Positions 22,520 to 35,503 are shown, numbered from the stretch's first letter. The stretch is DNA of 64,000 bases from an uncultured Acidobacteriota bacterium (GCA_963796275.1 CAWCKY010000006.1:480001-544000), one strand, 5' to 3'. Notes: generated from the letters alone by a model not told the origin. Translations and numbers: made by a program.

Positions 22520-25338
22520 TCATCGCTGCTTTGATATCTGGTCAAGCACCGCCCCGAGCTGATTTATCTCCTCGCCGTAACGCGCCCAATTGCCTTCGCG
22601 CTGCGCCTGGATGGCGCGGTCGTAATGTTGTTTGGCTTGAGATGCCAGGCCTTGAAGGCTCGGTGACGGCGGCGCTTCCGGAGACGCTGCGTCAGGCGGC
22701 GAGCCGGAGGCCAGCGGCTCCTCGGGAGTGCGCGAAGTAGACGGGGGCGCACTTCCGAAGATTCTCGCGATACTCGCCTCAAGCGTCTCTTCCATCGCAA
22801 TGCGATTCTCGGCGGCTACGATCACCCGCTTCAGCTCCGGTATCCTTCCACTTTCCGATCTCAGATATAAAGGTTGGACATAGATCAATGACTCCTTGAT
22901 CGGGATCACCAGAAGGGTGCCGAAAATTACGGTCGATCCGCGTTGGTTCCACAGCGAGACCTGGCGCGAAATTTCCGCGTCCTGACTTATCAAGCCGGCG
23001 ACCTGTTTCGGGCCATAAATCAGTTTTTGTTTGGGGAATCGATAAACTCGCAACCTCCCGTAATTTTCTTCATCGGCGCGCGCTACCATCCATGCCGAGA
23101 GGTTATTCTTGCTGGCCGGGGTGAAGGGGAGCATCAGAATGAACTCTTCCTTCTTTTCGCCGGGGAGCTTCATGACGGTGTAGTAGGGCTCCATAGTCTG
23201 CGGCTTTCCATCAGCCGCCGAAACCGAGGCTACCTCCCACTGATCCTCCTTGTTATAGAAAATCTGCGGTTGATCCATGTGGTAGGACGAATAGATCGCG
23301 GTCTGAAAATTGAAAATATCTTCCGGGTAGCGCAGGTGTGATCGGAGGTCGGGCGACATTTCGCTGAGCGGCCTGAGGATGCCGGGGAATATCTTCGCCC
23401 AGGTCTGAATCAGCGGATCGCTTTCGTCGGCAATGTAAAGTTTGGTGTGCCCGTGATAAGCATCTATCACGGCTTTAACAGAGTTGCGAATGTAATTGAT
23501 CCCGCTGATCGGCTCAGAGTAGGGATAGCGGTCGCTGTGGGTGTAAGCATCTGCAATCCAGTAGAGACGCCCATCCGAGATCACCAGGTAAGGGTCCTGA
23601 TCGAACATCAGGAACGGGGCGATTCGAGCGAGCCGCTCGCGGATGTTGCGATGGTAAAGAACGCGGCTATCGGGTGTCATCGCATTCGATAGGAGCAGCT
23701 TCATATCGGCGAATCGGGCTGCGAAGAGCAGCTTACGCCAGAATGAGCCGATCGAAACCCCGCCTTCGCCATCATAGTGGGAGTACACGTTATCCTCACC
23801 GGATGGATAGTTGAACTCCTTGGACGACGTCTTGACGTAGACCGGGTCGTGTTCCATCTCTCCGTAGTAGATACTCAGGTCTGGTGACATTGAGCGATGG
23901 AACGGAAGAGTTCGGCGGAAGGTCCTTGATGAAGAGGACGGGCAATCCCGTAGGGGTCACCTGATTTACTGGCCCCAGCGCGAGGCCGAAGCCATGCAGT
24001 ATAGGTCAACCGTTCGTTGATCCAGTTACGAGTAGGAAGGCTCCCGACGGAGAGCTCGCGCGGCGAGATCATTGTTTGCCGCAGCTCCCCTCCGATGTGG
24101 TAGCGGTCGTTGTCTACCGATTGAAACTTGTAGTAGGTACGAATCTCCTGGATCTGGGCGAATGTTTCGAGCAATGGCCGGTGATCCCAAAGACGGATAT
24201 TATTTATCGTTTGTTTGTTTTGCTGAATATCCTGCTGAGTGAGCCCCATATCGCCTGTCAACTCGGCCTCTTCGATCCGGTCGAGCGCGAACGCCTTGCG
24301 GGTGGCCGCGATGTTATTAATGATATACGGCGATTCTTTCGCCAGCTCGTTGGGGATCACCGAAAAGCGCTGCACGAAAGCCGGGTAGAGCCAGCCGACG
24401 AAGGTTGCGACCAGGATGTAGACCGCGAATCCCACAATCAGCAACCTGTTTCTGAATACGAACATGCTGACGATAGCGAGCGCTGAGACGAGCAGCGCTG
24501 CGAAGATCTCGACCCATAACACCGGCAGCTCGGCATTCACGTCGGTATAGCTCGCGCCCTGGATAGGGCCTCTGGTCGAGTAGAGCAGCTTAGGTATATC
24601 GATCCAGGCGCGCCAGGCGAGTATGAGAAAGACCGCCGCCACCAGCGCGAAAAGATGCTTGCGCGGGCCGCGATCGATCTCGATTGCAGTCCTGAAGAAC
24701 CTGAAACTGTTGCGTATCAAATAGATTACGATCGTCGAGATGAGCGCCGCCGCCGCAAGCGTGAGAGCCAGTTGTGAAGCGACCTCCAGGAGCGGCAGGG
24801 TGAAGATGTAAAACGCGATGTCTCGCCCGAAGGGTGAGGGAGCGGTATCTCCGAACGGCGTCTGATGACGATACTTGAGAATGACATCCCACGACTCCCA
24901 TATCCGCAAGCCAAAAAATATGCCGGCGAGCAGAGAAGCGGGGAGCGCCCACCGCTCGATAATTCGACCCAGATCGGGCAGCGAAACCCTCTCATTATTG
25001 ACATTCAAATAATGCACACGCCCGGAGCCGGCTGAACTCAGGCGTATAGCCAGTTTCAAGTTGAGCCAGAGGAAAAGCGCCGCCAGCAGGCCGCCGATGA
25101 GTCCCAGTATGAATTTCATCCTGAGCACCGTCAGGAAGACGTTCTCAAATCCCACCTCTTTGAACCATAGCCAGTCGGAATAGAAACTCGCCATTCCGGG
25201 CAACAGGACGAAGAGAAGAATCGCAATCGGCAATAACCATAGCCAGAGCGGTTTTCTCCTGCCGATCATACTCGGCCTGTCTCTTTCGTGACCATCATCT
25301 TTATCGTCGAATCTGTCGAATCTATCGTCGAATTGCAT
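22520..25338 (-). CDS. UPF0182 family membrane protein, split by a +1 indel near 23997
   Basis: [27 protein letters not shown]-[shift]-[26 protein letters not shown]. Confidence 0.92.
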
Positions 25339-25427
25339 CTTCTCCTCCCATTGAATGCGGGCTGCGGGTCGCAGGTTTAAGAGGAAGACTTTCTATCGGC
25401 GATCAGCAATTTCGCGACCGCGATCGC

Positions 25428-26186
25428 TCATCTTCCTCCATCGATCCCGAAGACTTCGCCGGTGATAAAACTGGCCTCATCAGACGCCAAAAAAGCGACG
25501 AGTTCCGCGACTTCTTCCGGCGAGCCTGCGCGTTGGAGTGGAGTGGCGTTTATTACATCCTGAAGTCGATCAGGGCGGGAGAATTGATCGTGAAACGGGG
25601 TGAAGATTATCCCGGGCGCAACAGCGTTCACCGTGACATTATAAGAGCCGAGTTCGTTAGCCAGACCCCTGGTCAATGTGTTGACTCCGGCTTTCGCCGC
25701 GGCATAAGGCAATGAGCCGCCGCGGCCGCCCAGTTGCGCCGCCAGCGAGGAGATGTTAATGATGCGCCCGCTGCGTTGCTCTTTGAGATGAGGCATCACC
25801 GCTTGCGCGCAGAGAAAGACGCTTTTGAGATTCACGTCCACCACCGCATCCCAAACATCGTCCGTGCAATCCTCGATGCGCATAAGTTTGATGATACTTC
25901 CGGCGTTGTTGACCAGGATATCGATCCGTCCGAAGTAATCGACCGTCTCCGCCACCATTCGCGTGACGTCCTCGCGCTTCGTCACATCGGCGCAAACGCT
26001 CATCGCATTGCGTCGCATCGCCTGGATTTCCGCGACCGTTTCGGCTGCGCCGCTCTCGCTCTTGAGATAGTTGACGACAACTGCCGAGCCGTTGCGCGCC
26101 AGCGCGATTGCCGACGCCCGCCCGATGCCGGTGCCCGACCCGGTCACGATTGACACTTTTCCTCGAAGATCGTATTGAGCTGCCAT
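25428..26186 (-). CDS. SDR family oxidoreductase (FabG-like)
   Basis: [24 protein letters not shown]. Confidence 0.93.
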   Translation of the reverse strand: MAAQYDLRGKVSIVTGSGTGIGRASAIALARNGSAVVVNYLKSESGAAETVAEIQAMRRNAMSVCADVTKREDVTRMVAETVDYFGRIDILVNNAGSIIKLMRIEDCTDDVWDAVVDVNLKSVFLCAQAVMPHLKEQRSGRIINISSLAAQLGGRGGSLPYAAAKAGVNTLTRGLANELGSYNVTVNAVAPGIIFTPFHDQFSRPDRLQDVINATPLQRAGSPEEVAELVAFLASDEASFITGEVFGIDGGR

Positions 26187-26195
26187 AGAATCGAG

Positions 26196-27548
26196 CTATC
26201 CCTGAAAGTACTTCCGGTCCTTCAATCTCTCCGGCAGGCAAACCATCCCGGTTTTGCTTCCGCCCTGATCGTGTGCGTATTGATAGCCTTTGCCGTAGCC
26301 CATCCCTTTCATCAACCCGGTCGGCGCATTGCGCAGATGCAGAGGTACTGGTTCAGCCTGCGTAGCGCGCGCATCTTCGGCCGCGGCCTCATAGGCCAGT
26401 AAAACATTATTCGATTTAGGCGCGTGCGCCAGGTATATAGTCGCCTCTGCCAGTGCCAACCGCGCTTCCGGAAGGCCGATCATGTGGGTCGCCTCTGCGG
26501 CGGCGGTGGCGATGACGAGCGCCTGCGGATCGGCCATGCCGATATCTTCCGCAGCGTGATGGGTGATTCGACGCGCGATATACATCGGATCTTCCCCGCC
26601 CTCGATCATCCGCGCGAGCCAGTAAAGCGCGGCGTCCGCATCCGAATTTCGTATCGACTTAATAAAAGCAGAGATAAGATTGTAATGCTGTTCGCCGGAT
26701 TTGTCATAAACCGCAGTAGCGCGTTGCAAGGCTTCGCGCAAATCATCGTCGCTGATCGGGCGGGCGCCGTTCTCATCCAATACCGCCGAAGTGACGGCCA
26801 GTTCGAGCGTGTTGAGCGCGACGCGGGCATCACCTCCAGCGTAGCCGGCCAACAGGCGCAACTGCTCTTCGCCGACCAGAGCATTGAGGCTGCCGAGCCC
26901 GCGCTCGCGGTCGTTGAGCGCCTCCCGCAATATCTTTACCAGTTCGTCCTCATTCAGTTGATTGAGGACGAATACTTTAACGCGCGAGAGCAATGCCGAA
27001 TTGATCTCAAATGACGGATTTTCAGTAGTCGCGCCCACGAGAATGATCGTCCCGTTCTCGACATAAGGCAGAAAAGCATCCTGTTGCGCGCGGTTGAAGC
27101 GATGGATCTCGTCAATGAAAAGCACGGTGCGGCGTCCCAGAGCCGATCGGAAATCCGCCGCTTCTTTCATCACTTGGCGGATCTCCTTGATGCCGGAGAC
27201 GACGGCGCTGAAGCGGACGAACTCCGACGCCGTGCTCTGCGCAATGATGCTGGCCAGCGTCGTCTTGCCCGTCCCCGGCGGTCCCCAGAAGATCAACGAT
27301 GTCACGCTGTCTCCTTCGATCGCCCTGCGCAATAGTTTTCCCCGCCCCAGCAAGTGTTCCTGCCCGATGAACTCATCGAGCGTTCGCGGGCGCATTCGCT
27401 CGGCGAGCGGCGCCTTCGCCGACACGCTCCCCCCGCTCTGCTCGGATTTAATGGGCATCCTTTGCCGTGCGGTCCTCTCCTCCACTCCCGCCAGCTCGGG
27501 CAGCTCGGGAAAGAGCCTCGCTTCATCCTGTTCTCTTTCACCCGGCAT
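26196..27548 (-). CDS. rarA: Replication-associated recombination protein A (MgsA)
   Basis: [43 protein letters not shown]; start uncertain. Confidence 0.96.
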   Translation of the reverse strand: MPGEREQDEARLFPELPELAGVEERTARQRMPIKSEQSGGSVSAKAPLAERMRPRTLDEFIGQEHLLGRGKLLRRAIEGDSVTSLIFWGPPGTGKTTLASIIAQSTASEFVRFSAVVSGIKEIRQVMKEAADFRSALGRRTVLFIDEIHRFNRAQQDAFLPYVENGTIILVGATTENPSFEINSALLSRVKVFVLNQLNEDELVKILREALNDRERGLGSLNALVGEEQLRLLAGYAGGDARVALNTLELAVTSAVLDENGARPISDDDLREALQRATAVYDKSGEQHYNLISAFIKSIRNSDADAALYWLARMIEGGEDPMYIARRITHHAAEDIGMADPQALVIATAAAEATHMIGLPEARLALAEATIYLAHAPKSNNVLLAYEAAAEDARATQAEPVPLHLRNAPTGLMKGMGYGKGYQYAHDQGGSKTGMVCLPERLKDRKYFQG

Positions 27549-27861
27549 GGGCGAAGCATAGCACGATCCGGGCAAGAAAACTCTTTCCCTCTGTATATTT
27601 ATCACATCTCGTCTAACCCCTTTTTTACTTGCTGGTGAGATGGTAATACCATGTGATTATTAGAATATCTACTATTGAGCGGCGAAAAATTTTATCCGGC
27701 AATCAAGTCAAAAACTTACGTCATTTAGCGTAAGGGGTGTATTGACGGATGGTTCCCGCAATACCTAGCATGCCGCCCAGGTTAAGCCGAACTTTTACCG
27801 GGCGTTGATGGGGGGTAGGGTTTGGGTCCTAATTTTATTGTTCTTTGAGGTGATTAAACAT

Positions 27862-28569
27862 ATGTCGTCGGGGGAGTCTTCTCTAAAAATGCACTTTGCC
27901 GAAGCTTTCCGCCAGATCACAAAGCGGCAGGATTCGCCGGAAATTCATGTTACATTTTATCCTTTTGCCGGGCTAAACCACACAATTCGTATCCGCAAGC
28001 AGCGTGTTTATGTACGCGTGTCAGATATCCTGCGCGATGCACCGCAGAAGGTATACCGGGCGCTCGCATTCATACTGGTCTCGAAGCTCTTCAATAAACG
28101 AGCGGTAGATGAACATGAAAAACTCTACCGCCAGTACGCATATCAACCCCAGGTCTTACGCGCATCGGACCTCGCGCGACTAAAACGTGGCCGTAAGATC
28201 GTCACCAGCTCGGTAGGTCGCATATATAATCTGGACAAGATTTTCGCCCGCCTCAATCGTCGATATTTCGGCAATGAATTATCCAAACCGACGCTCAGTT
28301 GGAGCGCGCGGCGCACCAAACGGATTCTGGGACACCACGACTACGTGCACGACACGATCGTCATCAGCCGTTCGCTCGACAGTGCGTATGTGGCGGAGTA
28401 TCTGGTCGAATATGTGCTCTATCATGAAATGCTCCATATGAAGCATCGCCCGCGCGTCGTCAATGGCCGCCGGGTCTATCACACCGCGGCCTTCCGCGCT
28501 GACGAACGCCGCTTCGTCCTCTATGAAGAAGCTATCGAAGAGTTGGAGAAGGTGGCGAATCGCAGGTGA
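27862..28569 (+). CDS. SprT/YgjP-like zinc metalloprotein
   Basis: LNRRYF, LGHHD, YHEMLH (HExxH), H...F. GAGG RBS before ATG 27862 and TTGACG-N18-TAGCAT at 27742-27771. Confidence 0.75.
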   Translation: MSSGESSLKMHFAEAFRQITKRQDSPEIHVTFYPFAGLNHTIRIRKQRVYVRVSDILRDAPQKVYRALAFILVSKLFNKRAVDEHEKLYRQYAYQPQVLRASDLARLKRGRKIVTSSVGRIYNLDKIFARLNRRYFGNELSKPTLSWSARRTKRILGHHDYVHDTIVISRSLDSAYVAEYLVEYVLYHEMLHMKHRPRVVNGRRVYHTAAFRADERRFVLYEEAIEELEKVANRR

Positions 28570-28663
28570 AGAGCGTGAGAAGGGCGGGGGGTGAATCGAT
28601 AGTTTTCCTGCAGGTTCTCCCGCTCTCCCATTCTCCCACTCCCCCGGTCTTTCGTATCAATGT

Positions 28664-29792
28664 ATGCATATCGGAATTGATGCCCACGCGATCGGCGCCC
28701 GGCAGGGCGGAAATGAAACCTACATAGGGAATCTGATTAAATCACTGGCCGAAGTCGACGGTGATAACCGCTACACGCTCTACCTCGCGAATGCCGATGC
28801 AGCCGCCAGATGGCGAGCCGGGTTCGCCAAACAATATCCCAATTTTGATGTGAGGCTGTTACCTCCTCCCACGCCGCTGGTCCGTGTTCCGGTTGCGCTG
28901 GAATTCGAACTGCGTCTACGCCCTGTCGATGTGCTACATGTGCAATTCACGGCGCCCCTTTTCTGTCCGGTTCCCGTCATCGCGACTATCCACGATCTCG
29001 CCTTCGAGCATATGCCCGAGACCTTCACCAGGCGCGGGAGTCTGCAACTGAAATTGACCGTCAGGTGGACGGCGAAGAGAGCCGCGCGCATCGCGACTGT
29101 TTCCGAGTATTCACGACAGGATTTGATAAAAACGTACAAACTGCCGCCCGAAAAGGTGGTAGTCACGCATAACGGGATCGGGCCGCTCTTCTCGGCAAAA
29201 CCGGCCTCAACCGGCGAATTGCAAGAATTACGCCATCGATTCGGGATTGAGCGCGATTTCATTCTGGCGGTCGGCAGTCTGCAACCGCGCAAAAATCTGG
29301 TGCGATTGATAAGAGCCTATTCCCATCTACGCAGCCGGAATGACGGCTTCGATCATCAACTCGTGATCGTCGGACGCAAGTTATGGCTCGCCAACGAGAT
29401 TTTCGCGGAAGTGAAGAGACAGGACATGGGCCCGTGATGTCATCCTGACCGGTTATGTATCGGATGATGATCTGGCGGCTTTTTATCGCGCCGCCTATGC
29501 ATTCGTCTACCCTTCGCTCTTCGAAGGGTTCGGAATTCCGCCGCTCGAGGCGATGGCCTGCGGAACGCCTGTTGTCACGAGCAACACATCGAGTTTGCCT
29601 GAGGTGGTGGGCGACGCCGCACTCCTGATCGATCCTTACGACGAACGCGACCTGGCCAACGCTCTGCTCAAGATCGTCTATGACGAGAAATTGCGTGCGG
29701 TTTTGCGGGAGCGGGGATTTGTGCAGTCGAAGAAATTCACCTGGCGCAACGCGGCTGAGAAGACATTGCAGCTTTACCGGGAGGCCGGCTGA
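28664..29792 (+). CDS. Glycosyltransferase family 4, split by a +1 indel near 29425
   Basis: [19 protein letters not shown], then after the shift [26 protein letters not shown]. Confidence 0.92.
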
Positions 29793-29900
29793 AGGCTACG
29801 GCATCCGCGACGCACGAGCAAGAAGATGTGGATAGATCGCAAATCTACCCACCTCTCCTTCTATGAATTCTCGGTGACCAGCCTTTTTCGCAATCCGAAA

Positions 29901-30788
29901 TTAATAAGAAGCGGCTGTTCTCGTCACACCGGTCGTTTTCTGTACCGGCGTCGCAAGAGTCCTGATCTGCCCGACCGCAAGTGCTTCCCAGATCAATGAG
30001 AATTTTTGAGGCTTATTGAATCCCGACGCCTCGCCCGGATGTACGAAGATCAATTCGGCGTGATCGCGCGTACCGATCGAAGGAGCGAAAGGTACTGAAC
30101 GCGTCCGGGCGATGTAATTCTCGCGCTCCGGCAAGTTCAACTCGCGACGAATACGGTTGATATGTATTTCGCATTCTCCCGGGCCTTCCATTTCACTGGT
30201 GGGATCGCGAAGTCCGAGAGTGGCGTGAGCAATCTCGTGCATGATGACAATGCCGACATCGAAAGCGGCAATCACCCTTTTGTCTCCGCGAAGTTTCGAG
30301 AAGTCGCTGAAATCTATCTCCAGCGGGTAGACATCTATCACCTTTCCCGTCGCGCGGCTTTGATAGATGGTCGCTTTTTCCAGGCGCGCGAATGCGACGA
30401 TGGGAGAATGATTATGGCTCTGCAGATCGATGCTGTTGCTCGAATCCACCGCCGCCGAAAATAATGCGCGCGCAGTATCAGAACCTCCTTTGAATTTTGC
30501 ACGATCACCCAGGTTGAGAAAGCCGTTCTCGTCGAAGAACATTTCCGAAAAACCTGTCTTCTCGCGCAAGCTTTCGAGTATGCAATCTAGTTGTTTGGGG
30601 TTGAGTTTGTTCGCATCCGGACTGTTTCTGAGACCGCCCATATAGCGCAGCGGGTCGCGCATTTCCGATTTGACGGCCGATAAAAAGATTCCTGCCGTGA
30701 GTAACATCAGGCAGAGTAGAAGGGTTCGCGAGAGGTGGCGAATGTTTGTTATTCGATTGGTCGATTTTTTTACACATCTAGTGATCAT
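29901..30788 (-). CDS. Hypothetical exported protein with HExxH motif
   Basis: GGAGGG RBS, hydrophobic N-terminal segment, VIMHEIAH...E...NRIRREL. Confidence 0.65.
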   Translation of the reverse strand: MITRCVKKSTNRITNIRHLSRTLLLCLMLLTAGIFLSAVKSEMRDPLRYMGGLRNSPDANKLNPKQLDCILESLREKTGFSEMFFDENGFLNLGDRAKFKGGSDTARALFSAAVDSSNSIDLQSHNHSPIVAFARLEKATIYQSRATGKVIDVYPLEIDFSDFSKLRGDKRVIAAFDVGIVIMHEIAHATLGLRDPTSEMEGPGECEIHINRIRRELNLPERENYIARTRSVPFAPSIGTRDHAELIFVHPGEASGFNKPQKFSLIWEALAVGQIRTLATPVQKTTGVTRTAASY

Positions 30789-31143
30789 CCAACCCTCCCT
30801 CCATTGGAATTGGTAATTGATTGTTTTTGGACTGACGAAAACGCTGATCACAGAGAATCGCTTCTCTCGGTTGCTACTACTCACCGGCACCCGTCAGTGT
30901 TCCGTTTTGGAAGGTTGGCCGAGTCGATTATGACGCTTTTTCGGTCATGAAGTTTGACCCCACGGTCTTGAAATTGATAGACAGACTTAATTTTTGGCGG
31001 TTTATCGGCCCGATATCCATGAGCTTGAATATAGAGACAGCTGAAGCATATGTTGTGAATTTCTATACAAACCAAAAGCTTGCTTTAGCGGAAGTTGGAT
31101 GTCAGTATGCGATCGAGTTCCGAAGAACAGATTCGATCGATAA

Positions 31144-31743
31144 ATGAACATGGTGACTCCCTATCGATACCTCATAGATCCTCAACAAGTGCGCGAAGCG
31201 CTGTTTGCCTTCGCCGACCAGCCGATAATCGGACTGGATACCGAGACATACTTTTTTCGCAGAAAAAATCATCTGAGTCTTCTGCAACTCGCCTCTCCCG
31301 GGGGCGAGGTCATCATTGTCGATGCACTGAGCGCGGGAATAGATGAGGTGCGGGAACTGATCGAAAGCCCTACCGTCTTGATGGCTGCGCACAACGCCCG
31401 CTTCGATGATGGTGTGTTGCGGGAGGCGGGATTTGCGGTAGCGGGGCTGGTCGACACATTGCGCCTGGCGAGATGTGCGCTGCCGCTTCATTCTTTCAGC
31501 CTGGCCTCGGTAGCCGAGCATCTCTTTGGATTAACGCTCGATAAAAGCCTGCAGCAAAGCGATTGGCGCAGGCGTCCGCTGAGCGGGGAACAGCTCGACT
31601 ATGCGGCGCTGGACGCCGTGGTTGCGCTGCGCGTCTATCAGGAATTGACGCTGCGGCTGGAGACGGAAGGCCGGTTGGTAGATGAGCTGAACCGCGCGCT
31701 CATCCTACCCAAGAGCGGGCTGGTCGGTGCAGAGATTAGTTAA
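31144..31743 (+). CDS. Stand-alone 3'-5' exonuclease (RNase D/DnaQ-like DEDDy)
   Basis: [36 protein letters not shown]; no HRDC domain. Confidence 0.88.
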   Translation: MNMVTPYRYLIDPQQVREALFAFADQPIIGLDTETYFFRRKNHLSLLQLASPGGEVIIVDALSAGIDEVRELIESPTVLMAAHNARFDDGVLREAGFAVAGLVDTLRLARCALPLHSFSLASVAEHLFGLTLDKSLQQSDWRRRPLSGEQLDYAALDAVVALRVYQELTLRLETEGRLVDELNRALILPKSGLVGAEIS

Positions 31744-31879
31744 GAAGAGGGGACTGGGACTGTGGCGAGATATCAAGTTTCCGGTTCTCCCAATACCTAT
31801 TCATCGTTCGGATTTCGGGAAACTTTTAGTTTAGTATCACGCCCCAGCCCCAAGCCTCCAGTCCCAATTAGTGACCCAA

Positions 31880-34800
31880 TCAGAAATCGAATCTCAAACC
31901 CAGGCGCATGCTGAACGGCAGGTGATATCCGAGGTTCAACTTGGTTGCCTGGGCAGCCGGTTGGCCGAAGTCGGGATTGATCTGCCCGGCAGTGGACTCA
32001 CGGAACTGATCATTCAGTCTGATCCTCTGGTTGTTCGTCACATTGAAGAAGTCTCCGACGAAGGTCATATTTATGCGCTCGGTAATCCTGAAGGGATAGT
32101 CTGCATGCAGGTCGAATTGCGCGAAGAACGGCGTCCGGCCGAGACTGCCTCGTCCCCCTATTGGAATCTCGCCGGGGCTGAGGTAGACCGGGTGGGCCAG
32201 AAATTCGCTGAGCGGGACGCCGGATTCCAGGCGTATTCCGGCGCCGAGGTTCAGTCCCTTGACATACTTGGTGAATCCTCTTTCGCCCAATGCATAGCTT
32301 CCATAAATGTTCGCTATGTGGCGGCGTTCGGTGTTGAGCGGGCCGACCGCGAATTGATCGCCCAGCAGGCCGAACTCGCCGGCCGTGAAGTCGAAGAGTG
32401 AGCTGATCGCCGGATCTTCCTGGTCATTGTCGTTACGGTAGTGTCCCTCGTAATTTCCCGTGAGCATTGCGTAGCGATAGTTAGCCAGCACTTGCCATCC
32501 TGCCGAGAAACGTTTGTTCAATTCAAACTCGATCGCCCGGTAGCTTCGCTCCGGCTGGGGGAAGCCGTCCGCCACTCCATCAGGAATAGGCGCACCCGCC
32601 GGCTCACCGTTAACGCCGTTCGCCGCATAACAGATGCCGCCGAGATTGGTGCCGGCGAAATTTGTCACGGTGGGATTGACCAGTTCCGGATCGCACTGAG
32701 GTGGCAGATTGATAATACTGTCATCCGGGCCGAAGATGGGATTGAACGTGAATCCGATCGGATTGGTCGCCGCATCGGTATCCGATCTGATGTTGCCGAT
32801 AAAATAGGTCTGTCCGAAGAAGTCATTGCTCTCGGGGGAAACAACCGCGGCGTCCTCGATGATACGGCCTATCTTCCGGTCGATATATCTCACCGAAACG
32901 AACCAGTTGCGCGGTAGTTGTTGTTCGAAGCCGATCAGGTGCTCGTTCGTGTAGCCGAGTTTGGTTCTGTTCAGGATCGGGTTGCTTGGATTCTGCAGCG
33001 AGATCGAGATGCCGCCGTTCAGATCAGGGTTTACCCCGCCGCTGGCGCCGGTGACCAGATGTTGAGCATCGATGATCGGGATCACCGTGCCGTACTGGTT
33101 GAGCGTGGCGCGGCGGTTACCCTGAGCATCGATAGAGTAATCCGGTATGAACCAGCCGCGGCGGAAATCGGCTTCGGCAGAGAGCGACCGCAGAGCCAGA
33201 TCCAGGGGAATATACTCATGGAAGCGACCGAAGTTGTAATAGAACTTGGTCTTGCCCTTACCAAAAGGATCGACCGTCGCGCCGAAGCGAGGCGACCAGT
33301 TGCCCGAGAAGACATAATTGATCCGGTCGCCGAAGGTGCTGGGGCTGCCGACCAAACGCTCCTGCTCCCATCGATATCCCAGCAGCGCCGTGACGAACCG
33401 GTTGATGCGCCACGTGTCCTGAACGTAGGCGGCGTGATACTTCGACTCGGTTCTGAAACTCGGGTTGCTATACTCGCCCCTGTCCTGTCGCAAGACTACT
33501 GGGACATCGGCCCCGCCGATATTCAGGAGCGGGCAGAGATCGCACCCGCCGTCCAAATCTGTTGCTCTAAACAGCTCCCACTGCGCATTGACTGATTGAC
33601 CGATGGCCGCCGCCGCGGCGGGGCTTCCAATGGTCGGAGAGGTGACCGGCGTTCCATCGACATTTGTCGCCGGTATGGTGAACCTCGGGCCGCTGCGGTC
33701 CCGAGTGCCGGAGAAGAAAGCACGCTGGAAGTTATATCCGACGCCGAAGGTGTGGTTGCCGAAGAAGGAGACCTGTTTCTGGGTGTCGAGCGTGGCGCGG
33801 TAGGTCGTTCCATTCGTCGGCTCGAAGAATCCAAGGCCGATCGCCCTGAAATTCCCGCGCTCGGGCTGTGTGCGATCGATAATCTGGTTGAAGTTGGCGA
33901 AATCGAGTTCGTCGAACTTATTGTGACCCTGGCTGAACGAGGCGCTCACTGTCCAGGTCGGAGTGATCGAGCCGTTGTAACGGGCGGCGATGTTACGCGT
34001 ACCGTAATCGAGCTGGCTGAGAGCCGTCGTGTTATCGATGTTCAGCGTGCTGTGCGCGGTGTTATTGGTCGAGGTCGGGTCGCCGAAGATCGAGAAGTTG
34101 AACTGGTGTGACGGCGTGAGGTTGAAATCGGCCTTGAACGCATAGTTCTTGCTGAAGAAGCTGCGGTGCGTCTCGTTTCCATAGAGGGCCAGCAAGCCCG
34201 AGCCTCCGGCGCCGCGGACGATCTGGCGCTGGATCGAAGGGTTGAATGATCCGAAAAAGAACAGCCGGTCTTTGATTCCCGGGACCGGGCCGCCGACATC
34301 GAAGCCTGCGTCATAATTATCGTTGTGGAGCCACTCTCCGAATTTATTGATTCTGAGATCGTCGGGCTGCCTGCGCAGAGCCTCGAACGCTTGCGGCTGG
34401 AAGTAGCCGTAGACGCTGCCATGGTACTCATTGGTGCCGGACTTGGTGATGATGTTGACGATGCCGCCCTGCGCCTGGCCGTACTGAGGCTCGAAGCCTC
34501 CCGTCTTGACCTGAACCTCTTTGATGTACTGGGTGTTTATACCCACGCCGAGCGTTCCATATGAAACCGAATAGACGCCGAGGCCGCCGAACCCCGAGTC
34601 GGTGATATTCACGCCGTCGGCGATATAGAGGTTGTCGAGCGCCGAAGCACCGGAGATCGACGGGTTCGCGCGCCCGCCCCCAAGGCTGTCCGTGGCGCCG
34701 GGCGCGAGATAAAAGAGGCTCTGTACGTTCCGTTGAACAGGCAGGTTCTGATAGAGCTGATCATTCAGGTTCGCGCCGATGGCGGTGCTCGTCGAATCGA

Positions 34801-35200
34801 CGCCCGCCGCGCCGGCCGACACCTCGATGATTGCAGTGATGTCACCTGCCTCCAGAGTAAGTTTGAGTGAAGAGGTCTTTCCGACATAGACCTGAATACT
34901 GGGCACGGAAGTGGTTTTGAAGCCGTCATGCTCAGCTTTGACCGAATAGGTGCCGGGGATCAGGTTCTGGACCTCGAATTCGCCATGTTCGTTGACTGTG
35001 GCGGCGCGCTTGCCGGTCTCGCCGCTGATCGTCACTTTTGCGCCGGGAATGACCGCGCCGGTCGCATCGGTGACGCGGCCGCTGATGGCGCCTTTCGTCG
35101 CGATGTCTTGCGCAAGGCCTAAGCTGAATGCGCAAGAGATGATCAGGAAAGCGCTCAATAAGAGCTTGCGCCCCGTCCTGTGAATGGTAGGACTTATCAT
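31880..35200 (-). CDS. TonB-dependent receptor, Oar-like (TBDR1)
   Basis: Signal peptide, carboxypeptidase-regulatory-like domain (G.V.D.TGAVIPGA.V), plug EVQVKTGGF..QYG...GGIVNIITKSGTN, C-terminal LRFDF. GAGGGG RBS before ATG 35200. Confidence 0.93.
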   Translation of the reverse strand: MISPTIHRTGRKLLLSAFLIISCAFSLGLAQDIATKGAISGRVTDATGAVIPGAKVTISGETGKRAATVNEHGEFEVQNLIPGTYSVKAEHDGFKTTSVPSIQVYVGKTSSLKLTLEAGDITAIIEVSAGAAGVDSTSTAIGANLNDQLYQNLPVQRNVQSLFYLAPGATDSLGGGRANPSISGASALDNLYIADGVNITDSGFGGLGVYSVSYGTLGVGINTQYIKEVQVKTGGFEPQYGQAQGGIVNIITKSGTNEYHGSVYGYFQPQAFEALRRQPDDLRINKFGEWLHNDNYDAGFDVGGPVPGIKDRLFFFGSFNPSIQRQIVRGAGGSGLLALYGNETHRSFFSKNYAFKADFNLTPSHQFNFSIFGDPTSTNNTAHSTLNIDNTTALSQLDYGTRNIAARYNGSITPTWTVSASFSQGHNKFDELDFANFNQIIDRTQPERGNFRAIGLGFFEPTNGTTYRATLDTQKQVSFFGNHTFGVGYNFQRAFFSGTRDRSGPRFTIPATNVDGTPVTSPTIGSPAAAAAIGQSVNAQWELFRATDLDGGCDLCPLLNIGGADVPVVLRQDRGEYSNPSFRTESKYHAAYVQDTWRINRFVTALLGYRWEQERLVGSPSTFGDRINYVFSGNWSPRFGATVDPFGKGKTKFYYNFGRFHEYIPLDLALRSLSAEADFRRGWFIPDYSIDAQGNRRATLNQYGTVIPIIDAQHLVTGASGGVNPDLNGGISISLQNPSNPILNRTKLGYTNEHLIGFEQQLPRNWFVSVRYIDRKIGRIIEDAAVVSPESNDFFGQTYFIGNIRSDTDAATNPIGFTFNPIFGPDDSIINLPPQCDPELVNPTVTNFAGTNLGGICYAANGVNGEPAGAPIPDGVADGFPQPERSYRAIEFELNKRFSAGWQVLANYRYAMLTGNYEGHYRNDNDQEDPAISSLFDFTAGEFGLLGDQFAVGPLNTERRHIANIYGSYALGERGFTKYVKGLNLGAGIRLESGVPLSEFLAHPVYLSPGEIPIGGRGSLGRTPFFAQFDLHADYPFRITERINMTFVGDFFNVTNNQRIRLNDQFRESTAGQINPDFGQPAAQATKLNLGYHLPFSMRLGLRFDF

Positions 35201-35503
35201 AGATTCACCCCTCAATTGAAAGGGATGCCCAACATTAGGTTGAACAACCCAAGCTCGGTTTGATCGGCGAACACGCATTTTCCCGCGTTCGTCGCATTCT
35301 GCTTTTGTAGATTTACAAATGAGCCAGGGTTTGGTGAATCGTAAGATTATTTACCCGACGTCTCTGGAGGTGAATGATCGGTTGCCTAGGGAGTTGACAT
35401 GACTACACCCGTGCCCCTTCCCGCCTCAGATGCTGAAATCACCCAATATCCAAAATAATTGAGATTTGTAATATTGGATATCTCACCAACTCGATTAATT
35501 ATA

